A stretch of DNA of 64,000 bases, taken from contig CAWJKZ010000024.1 of assembly GCA_963843575.1 (NCBI GenBank), positions 384,001-448,000 of the forward strand. The letters are read 5' to 3'. The translations under genes were made by a program, and so were the position numbers. This DNA is from an uncultured Acidobacteriota bacterium (lineage in GTDB: Bacteria; Acidobacteriota; UBA6911). Shown here one piece after another: positions 38,381 to 50,051 of the stretch; position 1 is the first letter of the stretch; each line of letters begins with the position of its first letter. Below the pieces are notes generated by a model that did not search any database, was not told the DNA's origin, and saw nothing but the letters and a program-made list of their open reading frames with translations.

Positions 38381-38902
38381 GTGATCGCATTCGGGATTCT
38401 GATTCTCCTTGAGAGAGGTGCTGCGGACTCGTTCGCGGCGTCGCAGGCGGTGCTCCTGCGCTCTCGAGAGCAGACCCTGCCGGACATCGCAGGCGTTGCT
38501 ACCTTTGCGGGGAAGGTGGGGGCGCAGCTGACGCCAATCCAGCCGGCGAAACGGGTTGTCGTCGCGGTCCTGTCCGAGACCCTCATTGAAGGCGACGCGG
38601 ACAAACTGCGCTCGGCCGTCCAGGCGATCTCCCAGCAGGTTCGATCGACGCACGAATTCTCGATTGCGCTGCTGCGTGCCGATTCCGTCGACATCTCGGG
38701 CCCCCTCAAGAGTCGGGCTCAGATCCAGGCTGCACTCAGGACTGCCGTCCGGCAGGCTGCTCCGGAGTCGGCTGCAGCCGGCCCTCTTTCCGCCTACACG
38801 ATGCTTCTGAGGAACCTCGGGCAGCTGGGAATGGACTGGTCCTCGCTTCTTGTCGTCGGGCGGCTGGCTCCGCCTGATTACCCCCGCGTGGTGTATGCCT
38901 GA
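38381..38902 (+). pseudogene. Hypothetical protein fragment
   Basis: Coding-like 173-aa ORF (RVVVAVLSETL) without a recognisable complete domain. Confidence 0.35.
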
Positions 38903-38996
38903 ACCCTCCGCGGGACAACAACCTGGACCTGATCGCAGGTGCCGGACAGCCACACTGTCAAGGCCGGGGCCCTCTATGGTGAGCGCACATCCCGGC

Positions 38997-40028
38997 CTAC
39001 CGTGACGGTTCGGCTTCCCGGATGAATCGGGTCTGCTCCTCGCGCAGACGAGCCAAATGCCAACGGCCCGGGTGGACGAACACCCGATAGCGCAAGAGAA
39101 GTTGCCGGCCCGCGCCCAGGGTGTAGGGCTCCAGCTGCAGCAGCGAGGCGTTCAGAAACCAGAAGGGCACCGACGGGTCGACGATGCCGTACCAGCGGGT
39201 CGGGGCCCGCGGATTGGGGGGGTGATCGAAAAACGCAACGCCTGCGGTATCGCCGTCTATTTCTCCGCTGAACTCGGCGGCCCAAGCAGCGAACCCGTAT
39301 CTGTTCTTGGCCAGCGCACCGGTATCGCCGGTCGCAGCGATGACCGGGTTGCTCAGTTCCCGCGCCAGGCGGATCGACAAGCCCGCGTAACCGCCCCGTG
39401 CAATCCCGTCCGGAGTCGTGTCCGGGGGCGTTCGGTCCAGTACCACGGCCTCGTTTCCGGCTGTGAAGTCCAGGCGCCAGTCCATGAAGTAGCTGCCGTC
39501 GGGGGCGGGTGATGAGATCCGGATGACCCGTTGCTCGGTGAGGATGTCCTGAACGGCTTTCTGCGGACGGTACTTCAGGTCCAGGGTAACGACGGCGGAG
39601 TAGTCCGGCTGCATATCGACCCTGACATTGGACCACTTCGTGGCCCCGTCCGGGTTCTCTTCCCAGTAATTGACTCCATTCAGGTACTTCCAGCAGAAGA
39701 ACAGGGCGAAGTGGTAGGGGTGGTCTTTCGGGCTCAGCCAGGTCAAGGCTGGCCCGCCGGGCAGGGCCACGGGATGAAAGTAGGCAATCGTTTGGCCGGG
39801 CGCATAGTTGAATTGCCAGATTGTCCTGTCCCCCTTCAGGAGCGCAGCGGTTCCCGCGTCCCGGCGCCAGCTGAAACTCGCCGTGTCCTGCCGCACGGCC
39901 CGGCTGTGCGGGGCGAGCGCCAGGGCCAGTGCCAGAACGACCGCGCCGCGGCGGCACGCACGCGCTCCAGGCGAGGCGAAAGAACTCGCCTCGAGGGCTC
40001 GACGACTCCAAGAATCTCGAAGAGGCAT
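38997..40028 (-). CDS. PmoA-like family periplasmic protein (DUF6807-like)
   Basis: YFHPV, PKDHPYH, NYWEE, GGYAGLSIR, FDHPPNPRAPTRW; typical of sugar loci. Confidence 0.75.
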   Translation of the reverse strand: MPLRDSWSRRALEASSFASPGARACRRGAVVLALALALAPHSRAVRQDTASFSWRRDAGTAALLKGDRTIWQFNYAPGQTIAYFHPVALPGGPALTWLSPKDHPYHFALFFCWKYLNGVNYWEENPDGATKWSNVRVDMQPDYSAVVTLDLKYRPQKAVQDILTEQRVIRISSPAPDGSYFMDWRLDFTAGNEAVVLDRTPPDTTPDGIARGGYAGLSIRLARELSNPVIAATGDTGALAKNRYGFAAWAAEFSGEIDGDTAGVAFFDHPPNPRAPTRWYGIVDPSVPFWFLNASLLQLEPYTLGAGRQLLLRYRVFVHPGRWHLARLREEQTRFIREAEPSR

Positions 40029-40033
40029 ACTCG

Positions 40034-41374
40034 TCAGGTCGTCTTCAGGTAGTCCGTTCCGAAGGGAGCTCGCTGTTCTCTCCGGAGCATCGCGTTTGCC
40101 TGATCGCTGTTCTTGAACTTCTCCTGCTGGGCATCCCACTGAAGCACCCCCGGCACCTTCATGGCGATGTGGCTGATCAGGCAGAGAGTGCAGGCCCTGT
40201 GCCCCATCTCCACAGTGGAGATGGGTTGTTTCCGGCTCCTGATGCAGTCAAGCCAGTTGCCGTGGTGCTCGGTCGTCATATACAGGTGAATCTCGGTCTC
40301 CTTGATCTCCGAGGATAGTATCCGCGGATCGCCGGCATCGAGCTTCGGGGTGCCCGCATGAGTCACAAAAATCCAGCCCGTTTCCCCCTCGTACTTTATG
40401 CCGTACGGGTATCCCGTCCCTGCAAACAAGGTGATGCCGTTGCCGTAGACTGCTTTCAGCATGAAATCGCCATGGACGTTCCATATCCCCGAGCGAGGGA
40501 ACTGTGCAACGGCCTGTATCGAAGACGGTCCGGTGAGCTCGGTGTCCATGCCCCAGGCTGCATAGTCGAAGAAGTGCGATCCCCAGCCCGTGATCATTCC
40601 CGCCCCGAACTGTTCATTCCGCAGCCACCCGGGTCTTGAATAGTCGTTCTGGGGATGCACCCTGAGCTCGTTGTAGAAAACCTGGGGCGTCGATCCCAGC
40701 CAGGTATTGTAGTCCAGGGTTGCGGGAACCGGCTCTTCCCCGACTTCAGGCCCGGGAGGATCGCCCGGCATACCTATCTTGACCGTGTGCAGTTTTCCTA
40801 TCCTCCCGTTCCGCACCAGTTCCGCGGCCTTCCGATATTGCGGATCGGACGAACGGCACTGCGCTCCGACCTGCAGTATTACCCCCTTCCTGTTCACGAC
40901 GTCGCTGAGTAGCCTGCCCTCTCTGATGGTAAGGGTCAGGGGCTTCTGGATATAGATGCCCTTGCCGGCAAGGGCCGCCTCGATGGCCGGCTGCGCATGC
41001 CACTGGTCCGGGGTGCTGATGATGACGGCATCGATCGAGGGATCGCGAAGCATCTCCCGGTAGTCCGAGAACATCCTGACGTCGAGGTAGTGCGTCCTGC
41101 CGGTCTTCTTGTCGTAATAGTCCTCGATCATCCTCTTGCCGTCGGCCATGCGCCTGCGGTCGAGATCGCACACCGCGACCACCCTGGCCGTATCGTATTT
41201 AAGTATCTCCGGCAGGTTGTGGTCACGGGCGATCCGGCCGCAACCGATCTGGCCGATGTTTACCCTGTCGCCGGGAGGAATGATTCCTGTCGCATGAGAA
41301 CGGGCGATGGAAGGTGCGACGAAGGTCCCGGCGGCCCCCGCGATGGTGTTTTTTAAAAAGCGTCGTCTGTTCAT
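40034..41374 (-). CDS. Tat-exported Gfo/Idh/MocA oxidoreductase
   Basis: NRRRFLK, IGCGR, ISTPDQWHA, YIQKPL, TWLGSTP, GWGSH. Confidence 0.92.
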   Translation of the reverse strand: MNRRRFLKNTIAGAAGTFVAPSIARSHATGIIPPGDRVNIGQIGCGRIARDHNLPEILKYDTARVVAVCDLDRRRMADGKRMIEDYYDKKTGRTHYLDVRMFSDYREMLRDPSIDAVIISTPDQWHAQPAIEAALAGKGIYIQKPLTLTIREGRLLSDVVNRKGVILQVGAQCRSSDPQYRKAAELVRNGRIGKLHTVKIGMPGDPPGPEVGEEPVPATLDYNTWLGSTPQVFYNELRVHPQNDYSRPGWLRNEQFGAGMITGWGSHFFDYAAWGMDTELTGPSSIQAVAQFPRSGIWNVHGDFMLKAVYGNGITLFAGTGYPYGIKYEGETGWIFVTHAGTPKLDAGDPRILSSEIKETEIHLYMTTEHHGNWLDCIRSRKQPISTVEMGHRACTLCLISHIAMKVPGVLQWDAQQEKFKNSDQANAMLRREQRAPFGTDYLKTT

Positions 41375-42159
41375 GATCGCTCCACCCGGCTTCTAATTCC
41401 GGGAAGTCTGTGCGCTGCAAACCTGTCGAGAAAGAGAACCGCGTCGTCGTGCATCCTGAGGACCGAGGCAGGACAGGAGGTGCTGATCTCGTGAACCAAC
41501 GCCTTGTACACCGCCTCGGACTTTCGCTCGTCAGGCACCGTGCAACAAAGAAACCTGCAGTCCATGATCGCCGTCACGGTCAGGGTGACGGCGCTTGCGG
41601 GAACGTCGTTAAGCGAAGGGAACCATCCCTCACCGACCTGCTGTTTCCGGCAGGCCTCGTCCAGCTCCACCACTTTCAGGTATTCGGGGTCGTTGAAATC
41701 GGCCACACCGGGATCGTTGAACGCGATATGCCCGTTCTCGCCGATCCCTATGCAGGCAACGTCGACAGGGTCGGCTTTCAGCAGCTTTTCGTACCGTCTC
41801 ATCTCGGAGGCCATGTCGGGTGCGTCCCCCGCAAGATAGTGGATGCTGCGCGGACGGACTCGCTCAGCGATGCGCTCCCGCAGGAACCTCCGGAAACTCG
41901 CCGGGTGACTGTCGTGGATCCCGATGTATTCGTCCAGGTGAAACAGGTTGATCCTCGTCCAGTCGATGTTCAGTCCAAGGAGCGCGTCGTGCAGGGGATA
42001 CTGTGACGCGCCGGTTCCGAGTATCAGGCCGGCACACCCTCGTTGTTCAACAGCCCGCGCGAGCCTGGCGGCTACCGCGACGGCGGCCATCATTCCCATT
42101 TCCGACGCCGTCGGACTGACCTCGACCCTGAGCCTGTCCTTAACAAACTGGAACGTCAT
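41371..42159 (-). CDS. nagB: Glucosamine-6-phosphate deaminase family
   Basis: LGTGASQ, FHLDEYIG, GIGENGHIAFNDP, CPASVLR. Confidence 0.88.
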   Translation of the reverse strand: MTFQFVKDRLRVEVSPTASEMGMMAAVAVAARLARAVEQRGCAGLILGTGASQYPLHDALLGLNIDWTRINLFHLDEYIGIHDSHPASFRRFLRERIAERVRPRSIHYLAGDAPDMASEMRRYEKLLKADPVDVACIGIGENGHIAFNDPGVADFNDPEYLKVVELDEACRKQQVGEGWFPSLNDVPASAVTLTVTAIMDCRFLCCTVPDERKSEAVYKALVHEISTSCPASVLRMHDDAVLFLDRFAAHRLPGIRSRVERS

Positions 42160-42368
42160 GTTCCTGGCTCCCGCAACCGGAACTCGTCAGCCTGCGTCGC
42201 AACTCCGCGACCTCCTCGAAAATCGCCGCAACCTGCGCGTCGGTGACGGCGCTGTCCATGTTGATGCGTGCCACCACCACGGGTGAAGCACGACCTCCAC
42301 CGGAACCGGCTCGCACTCGACAAACGGATTACCGTGACAGCTGTCCATTGAAAGTTCGCGGTCGAAGG

Positions 42369-43805
42369 TCAAACGATGACCCTGGTGTTTCCCCCCCGTT
42401 CGAGGTTGATGTCCATGTTCTGTTTGTTCGTTTTCCACGCCCCGGCCGTGAAATCGGGTATGTCGATGGAGTTCGAGCGGTTCAGGACGGACCACTCGCT
42501 CAGCGGTACGATCGCGCTCCAGGCGGCCGCGTCATAGACATCCTGGTCGAGCGGCAGTCCATTGCGCAGGCAATCAATCAGCCGCCAGTCTTCCAGCAGG
42601 TCGGTGCCGCCGTGACCGGCCTTGGTCTGGAGAGCGAGTTCAGTCATCTGGCGGGTGAGCTTCGGCGTGTATTCATCCGTCAGTGCCTTGAATTCATCAG
42701 GGGGAATCCAGGCGTGATTCCCCACGGAAAGCCTCGGGGGCGGTGGATCGTAGAGCGCGGCCCCTTTGGTGCCATAGATGCCGTGGATGAGGTTGTGCGG
42801 CGACGGTGAAGTGGCATCGTGCTGGAGCATGATGGTGCGCCCCATGTTGGTCCGGATTGTGGTGACGCTCATGTTGCCACGATAAGTCTTTCCGGCAAAC
42901 GGCTTGAAGAACTCATCCGCGGCGGCAAGTTCCAGTGCTTTCGCGTTCATCATGAAGTCGCGGCTCTCGACGGATACCAGGAACTCGAACCTGTCGCCGC
43001 GGTTGATGTTCATCAACTGGCTGACCGGGCCAAGGCCATGGGTGGGGTAGATGTTTCCCCGCCTCGAGGCATATTGCCTGAGCCACCACATGTCCCAATA
43101 CATGTTCCGGGAAAAATTGTTCTCCATCTTGCTGGTGTTGTAGGCGCAGTCACCGTGCACCACCTCTCCGAAAAAACCCTGTCTGGCCATGTTCAGGGTC
43201 ATGATCTGGAAGGGCAGGTAGCAGTCGTTCTCCATCATCATGCAATGCTTCCGGGTCCGTTCGGCGGTTTCCACCAGCGACCAGCACTCGTCGATGGTCC
43301 CGGCGGCCGGCACCTCGGAAGCCACGTGTTTGCCGTGCTCCATCGCGTAGACCGCCATCGCCGCGTGCAGGTACCAGGGAGTGGTTATCATGATCAAGTC
43401 GATGTCGTGGCGCTCACACACCCGCTTCCACTCCTCCGGTCCGCACAGGACGTCCGGGTGGTGAGATGTTCCGCGCAGCCTTTCCTTGGCTGCATGCGCC
43501 TTTTCCGGCCGGATATCGCAGAGAGCCGCGATTTCGACCCCCTCGATCTGGCTCATGATCGCCATGTGGGCCGGACCGCGCTGGCCGAGGCCGATGATCG
43601 CGATACGCACCCTTTCCAGTGGAGGCGCTGCGTAACCGGACATGTTGAAGGGTTGGACGCGGGTCTTCGTCACCTGCCTCCTCACGTCCGCAGGGTCGTC
43701 CCGGCGACCTGCCTGGGGGGCTCTGCCATGCAGCAGGCCGCCGCCGGCGAGACCCAGCCCGGTGAGGCTTGTTGTTTTGATGAAGTTTCGTCGCTTGGTA
43801 TTCAT
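42369..43805 (-). CDS. GH109 alpha-N-acetylgalactosaminidase-like, Tat-exported
   Basis: KRRNFIK, TTPWYLH, ASEVPA, MMMENDCY, GNIYPTHGLGP, GHGG, DVYDAAAWS, IPDFT. Confidence 0.9.
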   Translation of the reverse strand: MNTKRRNFIKTTSLTGLGLAGGGLLHGRAPQAGRRDDPADVRRQVTKTRVQPFNMSGYAAPPLERVRIAIIGLGQRGPAHMAIMSQIEGVEIAALCDIRPEKAHAAKERLRGTSHHPDVLCGPEEWKRVCERHDIDLIMITTPWYLHAAMAVYAMEHGKHVASEVPAAGTIDECWSLVETAERTRKHCMMMENDCYLPFQIMTLNMARQGFFGEVVHGDCAYNTSKMENNFSRNMYWDMWWLRQYASRRGNIYPTHGLGPVSQLMNINRGDRFEFLVSVESRDFMMNAKALELAAADEFFKPFAGKTYRGNMSVTTIRTNMGRTIMLQHDATSPSPHNLIHGIYGTKGAALYDPPPPRLSVGNHAWIPPDEFKALTDEYTPKLTRQMTELALQTKAGHGGTDLLEDWRLIDCLRNGLPLDQDVYDAAAWSAIVPLSEWSVLNRSNSIDIPDFTAGAWKTNKQNMDINLERGGNTRVIV

Positions 43806-43935
43806 ATCCGGCCGGTTTCTGGAGACGAATGGAGTCCCACCCCGCGGGTCGACGGGAGGGCCGCCAGCCGGGTGCTCACCGAATTCGTTGAGCGCTGGCT
43901 GGCGGCCTTCCCGGGTCCGCGGGCAAATTGCCTCC

Positions 43936-46900
43936 CTAGAAGGAGAGCCGGAGGCCGAAGCGGAACTTGCGCTCGTTGCCGTCGAACGCGCTCGTGATGG
44001 CCATGAAGTTGTTGACGTTGGTGATGGCTCCCGTGCTCTGATTCACCGTCATGTTGCTGACGTTGGCTGACGGATTGTTGAAGCGCGGGGTGTTGGTGAA
44101 ATTGAACGATTCCGCCCTGAACTGGAGCATGAAACGCTCCGTGATGCGGAAATCTTTGAACAGGACCAGGTCGGCTCTCTGGAAGCCGGGTCCGCGCAGT
44201 GAGTTGCGGCCCATGCTGCCGAAACGGTAGGTGCCCGCCGGGCGCTGGAAATTCGGGTCGCGGAAAGACTCCACCTTGAAGTACTGAGTGCCCGGGCCGA
44301 CGTCGCCGATCTTGACGATTTCTCCGATCTGGTCGGCGGTCTGGCTGGATCCCGGGGTATTGAGCGAGGCGGACGAGGCGGATACGGTGAAGGGCGTGCC
44401 CGAGTAAGCGGAGTAGATGCCGTTGATGCGCCAGCCACCGAAGACGTGGTTCGCGACGCCCCCGAGAGCAAAGCGTTTGCCGGCACCCCAGGGCATCTCG
44501 TAAACCCAGCTCACGACAAGCATGTGTGGACGGTCGTAGCCGGTTACGGAGCGGTTGCGGTAGAGGGCGTCGGGCATGTTGGTGAGCGGCAGGGCCTGCC
44601 AGCCGTCGTCGTCGGCCAGGCTGATAGCCTTGGACCAGGTGTAGGCGCCCTTTATGAAAAGGCCGTGCGACAGGTTCTTGTTGACCGCGACCTGCATCGA
44701 ATGATAGTTCGCGTTGCCCCAGCCATCCCACATGAGGGCTTCGATGAGGCGCTTCTGGGTGGCTACAAGCGGGCGGGAGGAGTTGCCGCCGCCGATGTAC
44801 GTTGCCGCGTTGATGTCGCGGTCCAGGAACTGGCGCACGGTCTGGTTTCCGACGTAGGCGACCGAAACGAGGAGGTCGGCGGGGAGTTGCCGTTCGATGG
44901 TGAAGTTCCAGCTCTGGATGTAACCTCGCTTGATCATGCCCGGCCACGGGCTGCGCGGGCCCATGTTGACGGTCGGGGGCAAGGTCACGGAGCCGCTGGA
45001 AATGTCAGGGGTGGCGACTTCGGGAATGCCGTTCTGGAGCAAGCCGTAATAGCCGTACGTGGTGGGGGCTACCCAGCTCGAAGCGATGGTGGCAGGATAG
45101 AGTCCGCGCAGCGGGCGGGAGATCACCATGGGATCGTAGGTGATCCCGTAGCCGGTCCGCAGGACGGTCTTGTTACCCAGCCTCCAGGCGACGCCGACGC
45201 GCGGGGCGAAGAGCTTCTTGGAGGTGCTGAGGCCGTTTTCACGCGGGACGCTGCCCACGCCGCCGATGGTGACGATGTTCGTGACGGGATCCCAGCGTTC
45301 GAGGCCGCGGCCGTCGGCGCGGCGTCATCAACGGATAGTATTCGTAGCGCAGGCCGAGGTTCAGCGTGAAATTGCGGCTGATCTGCCACCGGTCGCGGAA
45401 GTAAAGGCCGTTCTGCCATTCACGCGTGGTCATGTCGAAGTACTGCACCGACTTGTCGGCGCTGCCGAGGATCCCGAGCAGGCCGGCCGCGTACGTGTGA
45501 ACGGAGCGGGCGACCTGACCCTCGAAGCACGACAGCGTTGCCGCCGGGATTCAGGCAGCCGCGCGGGTTGGCGACTTCGGGCTGCCAGTGGTTCAGGGCG
45601 TGGTGGACGATGTCGACGCCCCAGCGGAATTCGTGCGCTCCCCGTCAGCTTGGTGAAGTTGGTGGTGAAGGTGTAGCTGCGGTCGGCGTAGAAGTTGGGA
45701 TTGGACGAGGCGGAGTTGCCCCACTGGGTGAAACCGTTGCTGATATAGGGCATGCCGGAGTAGCGGATGTCGTTGGCGAATGTCTTGCCGCCGTTCGTCC
45801 CCGGGATCTTCCAGACCTCCGATCCCCAGTTCTTTCCATAGTCAGGCCCGAGGGCTTCGTTCTTGAAGCGCGTGTGGCCGAAGACGCCGTCCACGAGGAA
45901 GGTGGGCGACTGCGTGAGGTTGAAGCCGAAGGTGGGAATCCTGATCTGTGACGTCGGCCACGCCGTTTTGCCCGAGCGCGGGGCCGACCAGTTCGCCGAG
46001 AGCGCCGGCGCCAAAGACGTTCGCCTCCATGTCAGAGTACTTGCCCCAGACCATCAGCTTGTTCGTGACGTTGTAGTTGACCTTGACGTCGTAGTTGTCG
46101 CGGGTCATCCCCGTGCTCGCCGATGCGGAGTAGTTGTTCGTGAGCCCATAGGAGTCCGCGGCCTTCTGATTCGGCAGGGGACAGAGCTTCTGAATCTCGG
46201 TCCAGATCGGCGAGATGACGCGACGCGGGGATCTTATTCCCTTCAAAGGGGGTGCGGTTGTTGCCTTCGGCGTCGCCGGTCAGCGGATCGTAGATGAGCC
46301 CCAGGCCGGTGTAGGCGGAAAAATCGCCCGCACGTACGTCGGCGGGCGGGACGCTGTAATTGCCGGACTGGCCGGTGCGCAGCCAGTTCCGCTCGAAGCT
46401 GAAAAAGTAAAACAACTTGTTCTTGATGATGGGGCCGCCGATAGTGGCGCCCGGGATGTTGGTGATCGACTTGGGGAGACGGGGCTTCACCACGCTCTGC
46501 TGATAGAAATAAGGCCGGGCATAGAGGTGCTGGTTGTCGTGGTACCAGTAGCCGGAGCCGTGGATGTCGTTGGTGCCGGACTTGGTGGACACGGTGACGG
46601 CGGCGCCGCCCGCCATGCCCTGTTCGGCGTCGAAGGAGGAGGTCGAGATGTTGACGTTGTCGATGGCCTCGACGGGCGGGTTGTAGAGCGTGTGGTGCGG
46701 CAGCCAGATGTAGACGTTGATGGCGCCATCGACCCGGGTGTTGTTGTTGTTGCGGTTGGTGCCGTTGACGTTGGTGGTGAGGGAGCGTTGCGGGGATGCG
46801 CCCATGGAGTTCTGTTCCGCGGCGGGAGTGGCCCCGGGCACGAGATTGATCAGGCTCTGGTAGTTGCGATAGTTGGCCAGCGGGAGTTCGACGACGGCGC

Positions 46901-47339
46901 GGGATGTGAGTTCGGCACGGGTATCGGAACGGTCGGTCTGCAACACGGCGGCCGATCCGGTAACCGTTACCTGCTCGCTGAGCTGACCAACCTCCAGGCG
47001 GAGGTTGACGCGGGTAACGCTGTTGATGGTGACCTCGACACCGGTCCGCGTCAGGGTGCGGAATCCGGGCGCGGTGACGGTGATGGTGTATGTGCCGGCG
47101 GGCATGTTGACCGCCGTGTAACGGCCTTGCGCATCCGCCGTAATCTCACGGGCCGTCCCGGTAGGCACGTGGGTGAGCGAAACGGTGGCGCCGGGAAGAA
47201 CAGCGCCCGAAGGATCCTCGACGTTGCCCACGATCGAGCCGTATAGCACTTGGGCAGATGCGGGCTGGCTGGCGATACACGCCACGAAAAGCAGGGGAAG
47301 AAAGGTTCTGAATGGGCTGATCCATCTTTGCATGACCAT
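43936..47339 (-). CDS. Oar-like TonB-dependent receptor with carboxypeptidase-regulatory N-domain, split by several frameshifts
   Basis: GSIVGNVEDPSGAVLPGATV, ELPLANYRNY, TKSGTN, TLNLGLRYEYY, FAPRVG, C-terminal RFGLRLSF. Confidence 0.9.
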
Positions 47340-47671
47340 CGTTCAAAACCTCCAGCATGGAAAAGAACATTCGGTTGGCTCTTCTGCCGATCAGATTAAA
47401 AAGATCTTACTGCCGTTTCCGTCAGAGGATGTAGCAAAAACAGGTGCCAGGCAACGCGTCGGCCTGGTCCACTGCCAGGCGAAGCCGACGCCTGACCGAT
47501 TTCGGCTACTACGGAGTTGTTAGTTGAAGCATGTCTGCCCCAACATCCCTGTTTCTCTGTGTGGTCGGCCAGAGCAGGGCGGAGACACGGGTTGCCGGAC
47601 GCCTCCTGTCGCCAGGTCGATCCGTGTGGATCCGCGCGAATCGGCGTCCTGAAGAATAGGTTAGCGTATCT

Positions 47672-49885
47672 GTGAACATCAGTGCTAAGTTGCGGGACCG
47701 CCCCTCAGGCGGGTTGACGGGAGAGATGTCGGGAAGTGATCCAGTGACAGGGTTACGGCGTGCCACCGTGGCTGGGGTGTTATCGCTCCTAGCGGTCGGA
47801 CTTTATGCAGTGTCGCTCCTCGCAGCGCAGGATGCGGCCCAGACCCGTCACGCCCACGTGGTGAAGATAACCGACCCCCCGGTTATAGACGGGCTCCTGG
47901 ATGACCCGGTGTGGCAACAAGCGGAAGTGCTGACCGACTTTGTCCAGAGGATTCCATACAGCGACGTGCCGGCCACCGCCGTTACAGAAATCCGCCTCCT
48001 GCGAGACGATCACAACATCTACGCCGCCGCCTACATGAAGCAGGACCCGGCCACCATCACCCACAACAAGCTGCGACACGAAGACAGCCCTTTCCTGGAC
48101 GACACAATCGAGCTGATCTTCGACACGTTTCACGACCACCTCCGGGCATCCGTCTTTCTCACCAATCCCAACGGCGCGAAGCTCGACACCCAGATTGACG
48201 GGTACAAGGGATTCAACGACAACTGGAATGAAGTGTGGGACGTGCGCACGACCATACAGCCCGACGGGTGGTGTGCCGAGTATCGCATCCCCGTCCGCGT
48301 CCTGCGCTTTCAGCCTGGGCGAGACGTTTGGGGACTGCAGGTGCAGAGGCGCATCCAGTACAACCAGGAGAACGATTACTGGGTGGCCGTGCCGAAGCAG
48401 TACGATCACTCCCACCTAGGCTATGCCGGCGACATCTCAGGATTTGCAGATCTGCGCCAGTCGCGGAACCTGCAGGTGATCCCGGCGCTCGTCCCCACGC
48501 GGCTCCAGTCCGCGGACCTGGCCGATCCCAAGTACGATGCGGAGCCCAGCCTCGACGTCAAATATGTCATGGGCTCGAACATGACGCTGGATCTGACCGC
48601 CAACACGGATTTCGCCCAGGTCGAGGCCGACGACACCCAGGTGAATCTGACTCGGTTCAGCCTGTTCTTCCCGGAGAAGCGGGAGTTCTTCCTGGAGTCG
48701 GCCAGCTTGTTCGACTTCGGGGTGGCAAAAGATACGCAGATTTTCTTCAGCCGGCGCATCGGGATCGCCCAGGGTCAGGAAGTGCCCATTTGGGGCGGCG
48801 CGCGCCTCACGGGCAAGATCGACAGGTTCGACGTCGGCCTAATGACGATGGAGACCAAGGATTCGCCGGTGCAGGAGGCCACCAACTACTCGGTGGTGCG
48901 GGTTCGCCGCAACCTGAGAGGCCGCTCCACGCTCGGCGCGATCTTCACGAATGCCACGCGTGCGGGATACGACAATCGCGTCTTCGGATTGGACACGAGC
49001 ATTTACCTGACGGCTAACCTGCGGCTGAAGGGATTCATCGCCGCCGCGGGCGGCTCCAGCATCAGGGGCAATCCCTTGGCACAAAACCTTGCTCTCGAGT
49101 ACCAAACGGATCCCTTGAGCCTGACGTTTGCCGGGAAAACCGTCGATGCGGATTTTGATCCCGGTGTCGGCTATGTCAAACGGGCCGGCATCCGGGATTT
49201 CACCGCTACGGCCCGCCGTCGCTGGCGCCCGAACAGGGAGTGGAGCCGGAACGTGGACTTGACCGGCAGTTTTTCCTATCTGACCGATACCGACAGCCGC
49301 TTGCTGACCCGCCTGGCGTCGCTCCAGGCGAGCAACGTGCTTCCTTCCGGCTCTCATCTGGACTTCACCCTCTCCCGCTCCTTTGAACAGCTCACGCAAG
49401 ACTTCAAGATCATGCCCTCGGTGGTGATTCCCCTGGCGGCGTACGGCTTTCAGACCCAGACGATAAGCTGGCAATCGGCAACCAGCCGGCGTGTGTCCTT
49501 CAAAAGCTCCTTTTCGCGGGGAAGTTTTTACGGGGGAAATCAGAAGGAAGTCATCCTTTCCAACACGATGCATTACTCCCGTCATCTCCGCACCACTGCC
49601 GAATACCAGTACGACCGGGTAAACCTCCCGGGAGGCAACTTCAGCACCACCGTGGCGCGTCTGCGCGTGAACTATGCCTTCAATCCCGAGGTCAGCATCA
49701 ACGGCCTGCTGCAGTGGAACAGCACCACGCAGGAGTTCTCGGCCAACCTCGTCCTGCGTATCTTGTACGCCCGCGATTCCAACATCTACTTCGTCTACAA
49801 CGAGCGCCGGATCGACAACTCCACCGGATGGATGCTTGGCCAGCGTGCCGAGATCTTCAAGATCACCTACAGGCTCTACCTCTGA
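47672..49885 (+). CDS. CBM9-like + DUF5916 outer-membrane protein
   Basis: PPVIDGLLDD, NTDFAQVEAD, NLTRFSLFFPEKREFFLE, FFSRRIG. Confidence 0.88.
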   Translation: MNISAKLRDRPSGGLTGEMSGSDPVTGLRRATVAGVLSLLAVGLYAVSLLAAQDAAQTRHAHVVKITDPPVIDGLLDDPVWQQAEVLTDFVQRIPYSDVPATAVTEIRLLRDDHNIYAAAYMKQDPATITHNKLRHEDSPFLDDTIELIFDTFHDHLRASVFLTNPNGAKLDTQIDGYKGFNDNWNEVWDVRTTIQPDGWCAEYRIPVRVLRFQPGRDVWGLQVQRRIQYNQENDYWVAVPKQYDHSHLGYAGDISGFADLRQSRNLQVIPALVPTRLQSADLADPKYDAEPSLDVKYVMGSNMTLDLTANTDFAQVEADDTQVNLTRFSLFFPEKREFFLESASLFDFGVAKDTQIFFSRRIGIAQGQEVPIWGGARLTGKIDRFDVGLMTMETKDSPVQEATNYSVVRVRRNLRGRSTLGAIFTNATRAGYDNRVFGLDTSIYLTANLRLKGFIAAAGGSSIRGNPLAQNLALEYQTDPLSLTFAGKTVDADFDPGVGYVKRAGIRDFTATARRRWRPNREWSRNVDLTGSFSYLTDTDSRLLTRLASLQASNVLPSGSHLDFTLSRSFEQLTQDFKIMPSVVIPLAAYGFQTQTISWQSATSRRVSFKSSFSRGSFYGGNQKEVILSNTMHYSRHLRTTAEYQYDRVNLPGGNFSTTVARLRVNYAFNPEVSINGLLQWNSTTQEFSANLVLRILYARDSNIYFVYNERRIDNSTGWMLGQRAEIFKITYRLYL

Positions 49886-50051
49886 GGCTACGTTCCGGCA
49901 CTGTGCCGAAGCTACCCCGGAAGTTCTGCCCTTTCCCGGGATCGACTGGCGGGCGGCCGGTGGGGGTTGAGCCCGAAGGATCCGGTGATGCTGACAATCC
50001 GCTGGCCCGGGGACGATTGATGAAACCTGGAAACGGCGGGGATCGTCCAAC

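Larger units (their letters stand above)
15257..38950. mobile_element. Decayed genomic island at tRNA-fMet (right boundary approximate)
   Basis: Integrase next to the tRNA 3' end, visibly lower GC, IS3, group II intron, rve remnant and many gene fragments; no attR copy found. Confidence 0.65.

Noticed and set aside
38997-40028. Methane monooxygenase implied by the PmoA-like family name
   Set aside because: Soluble periplasmic-type protein in a sugar locus, no pmoB/pmoC, and no multi-pass membrane topology
42187-42350. Small ORF between GH109 and nagB
   Set aside because: No clear RBS; the coding-like stretch spans two frames and is at most a remnant
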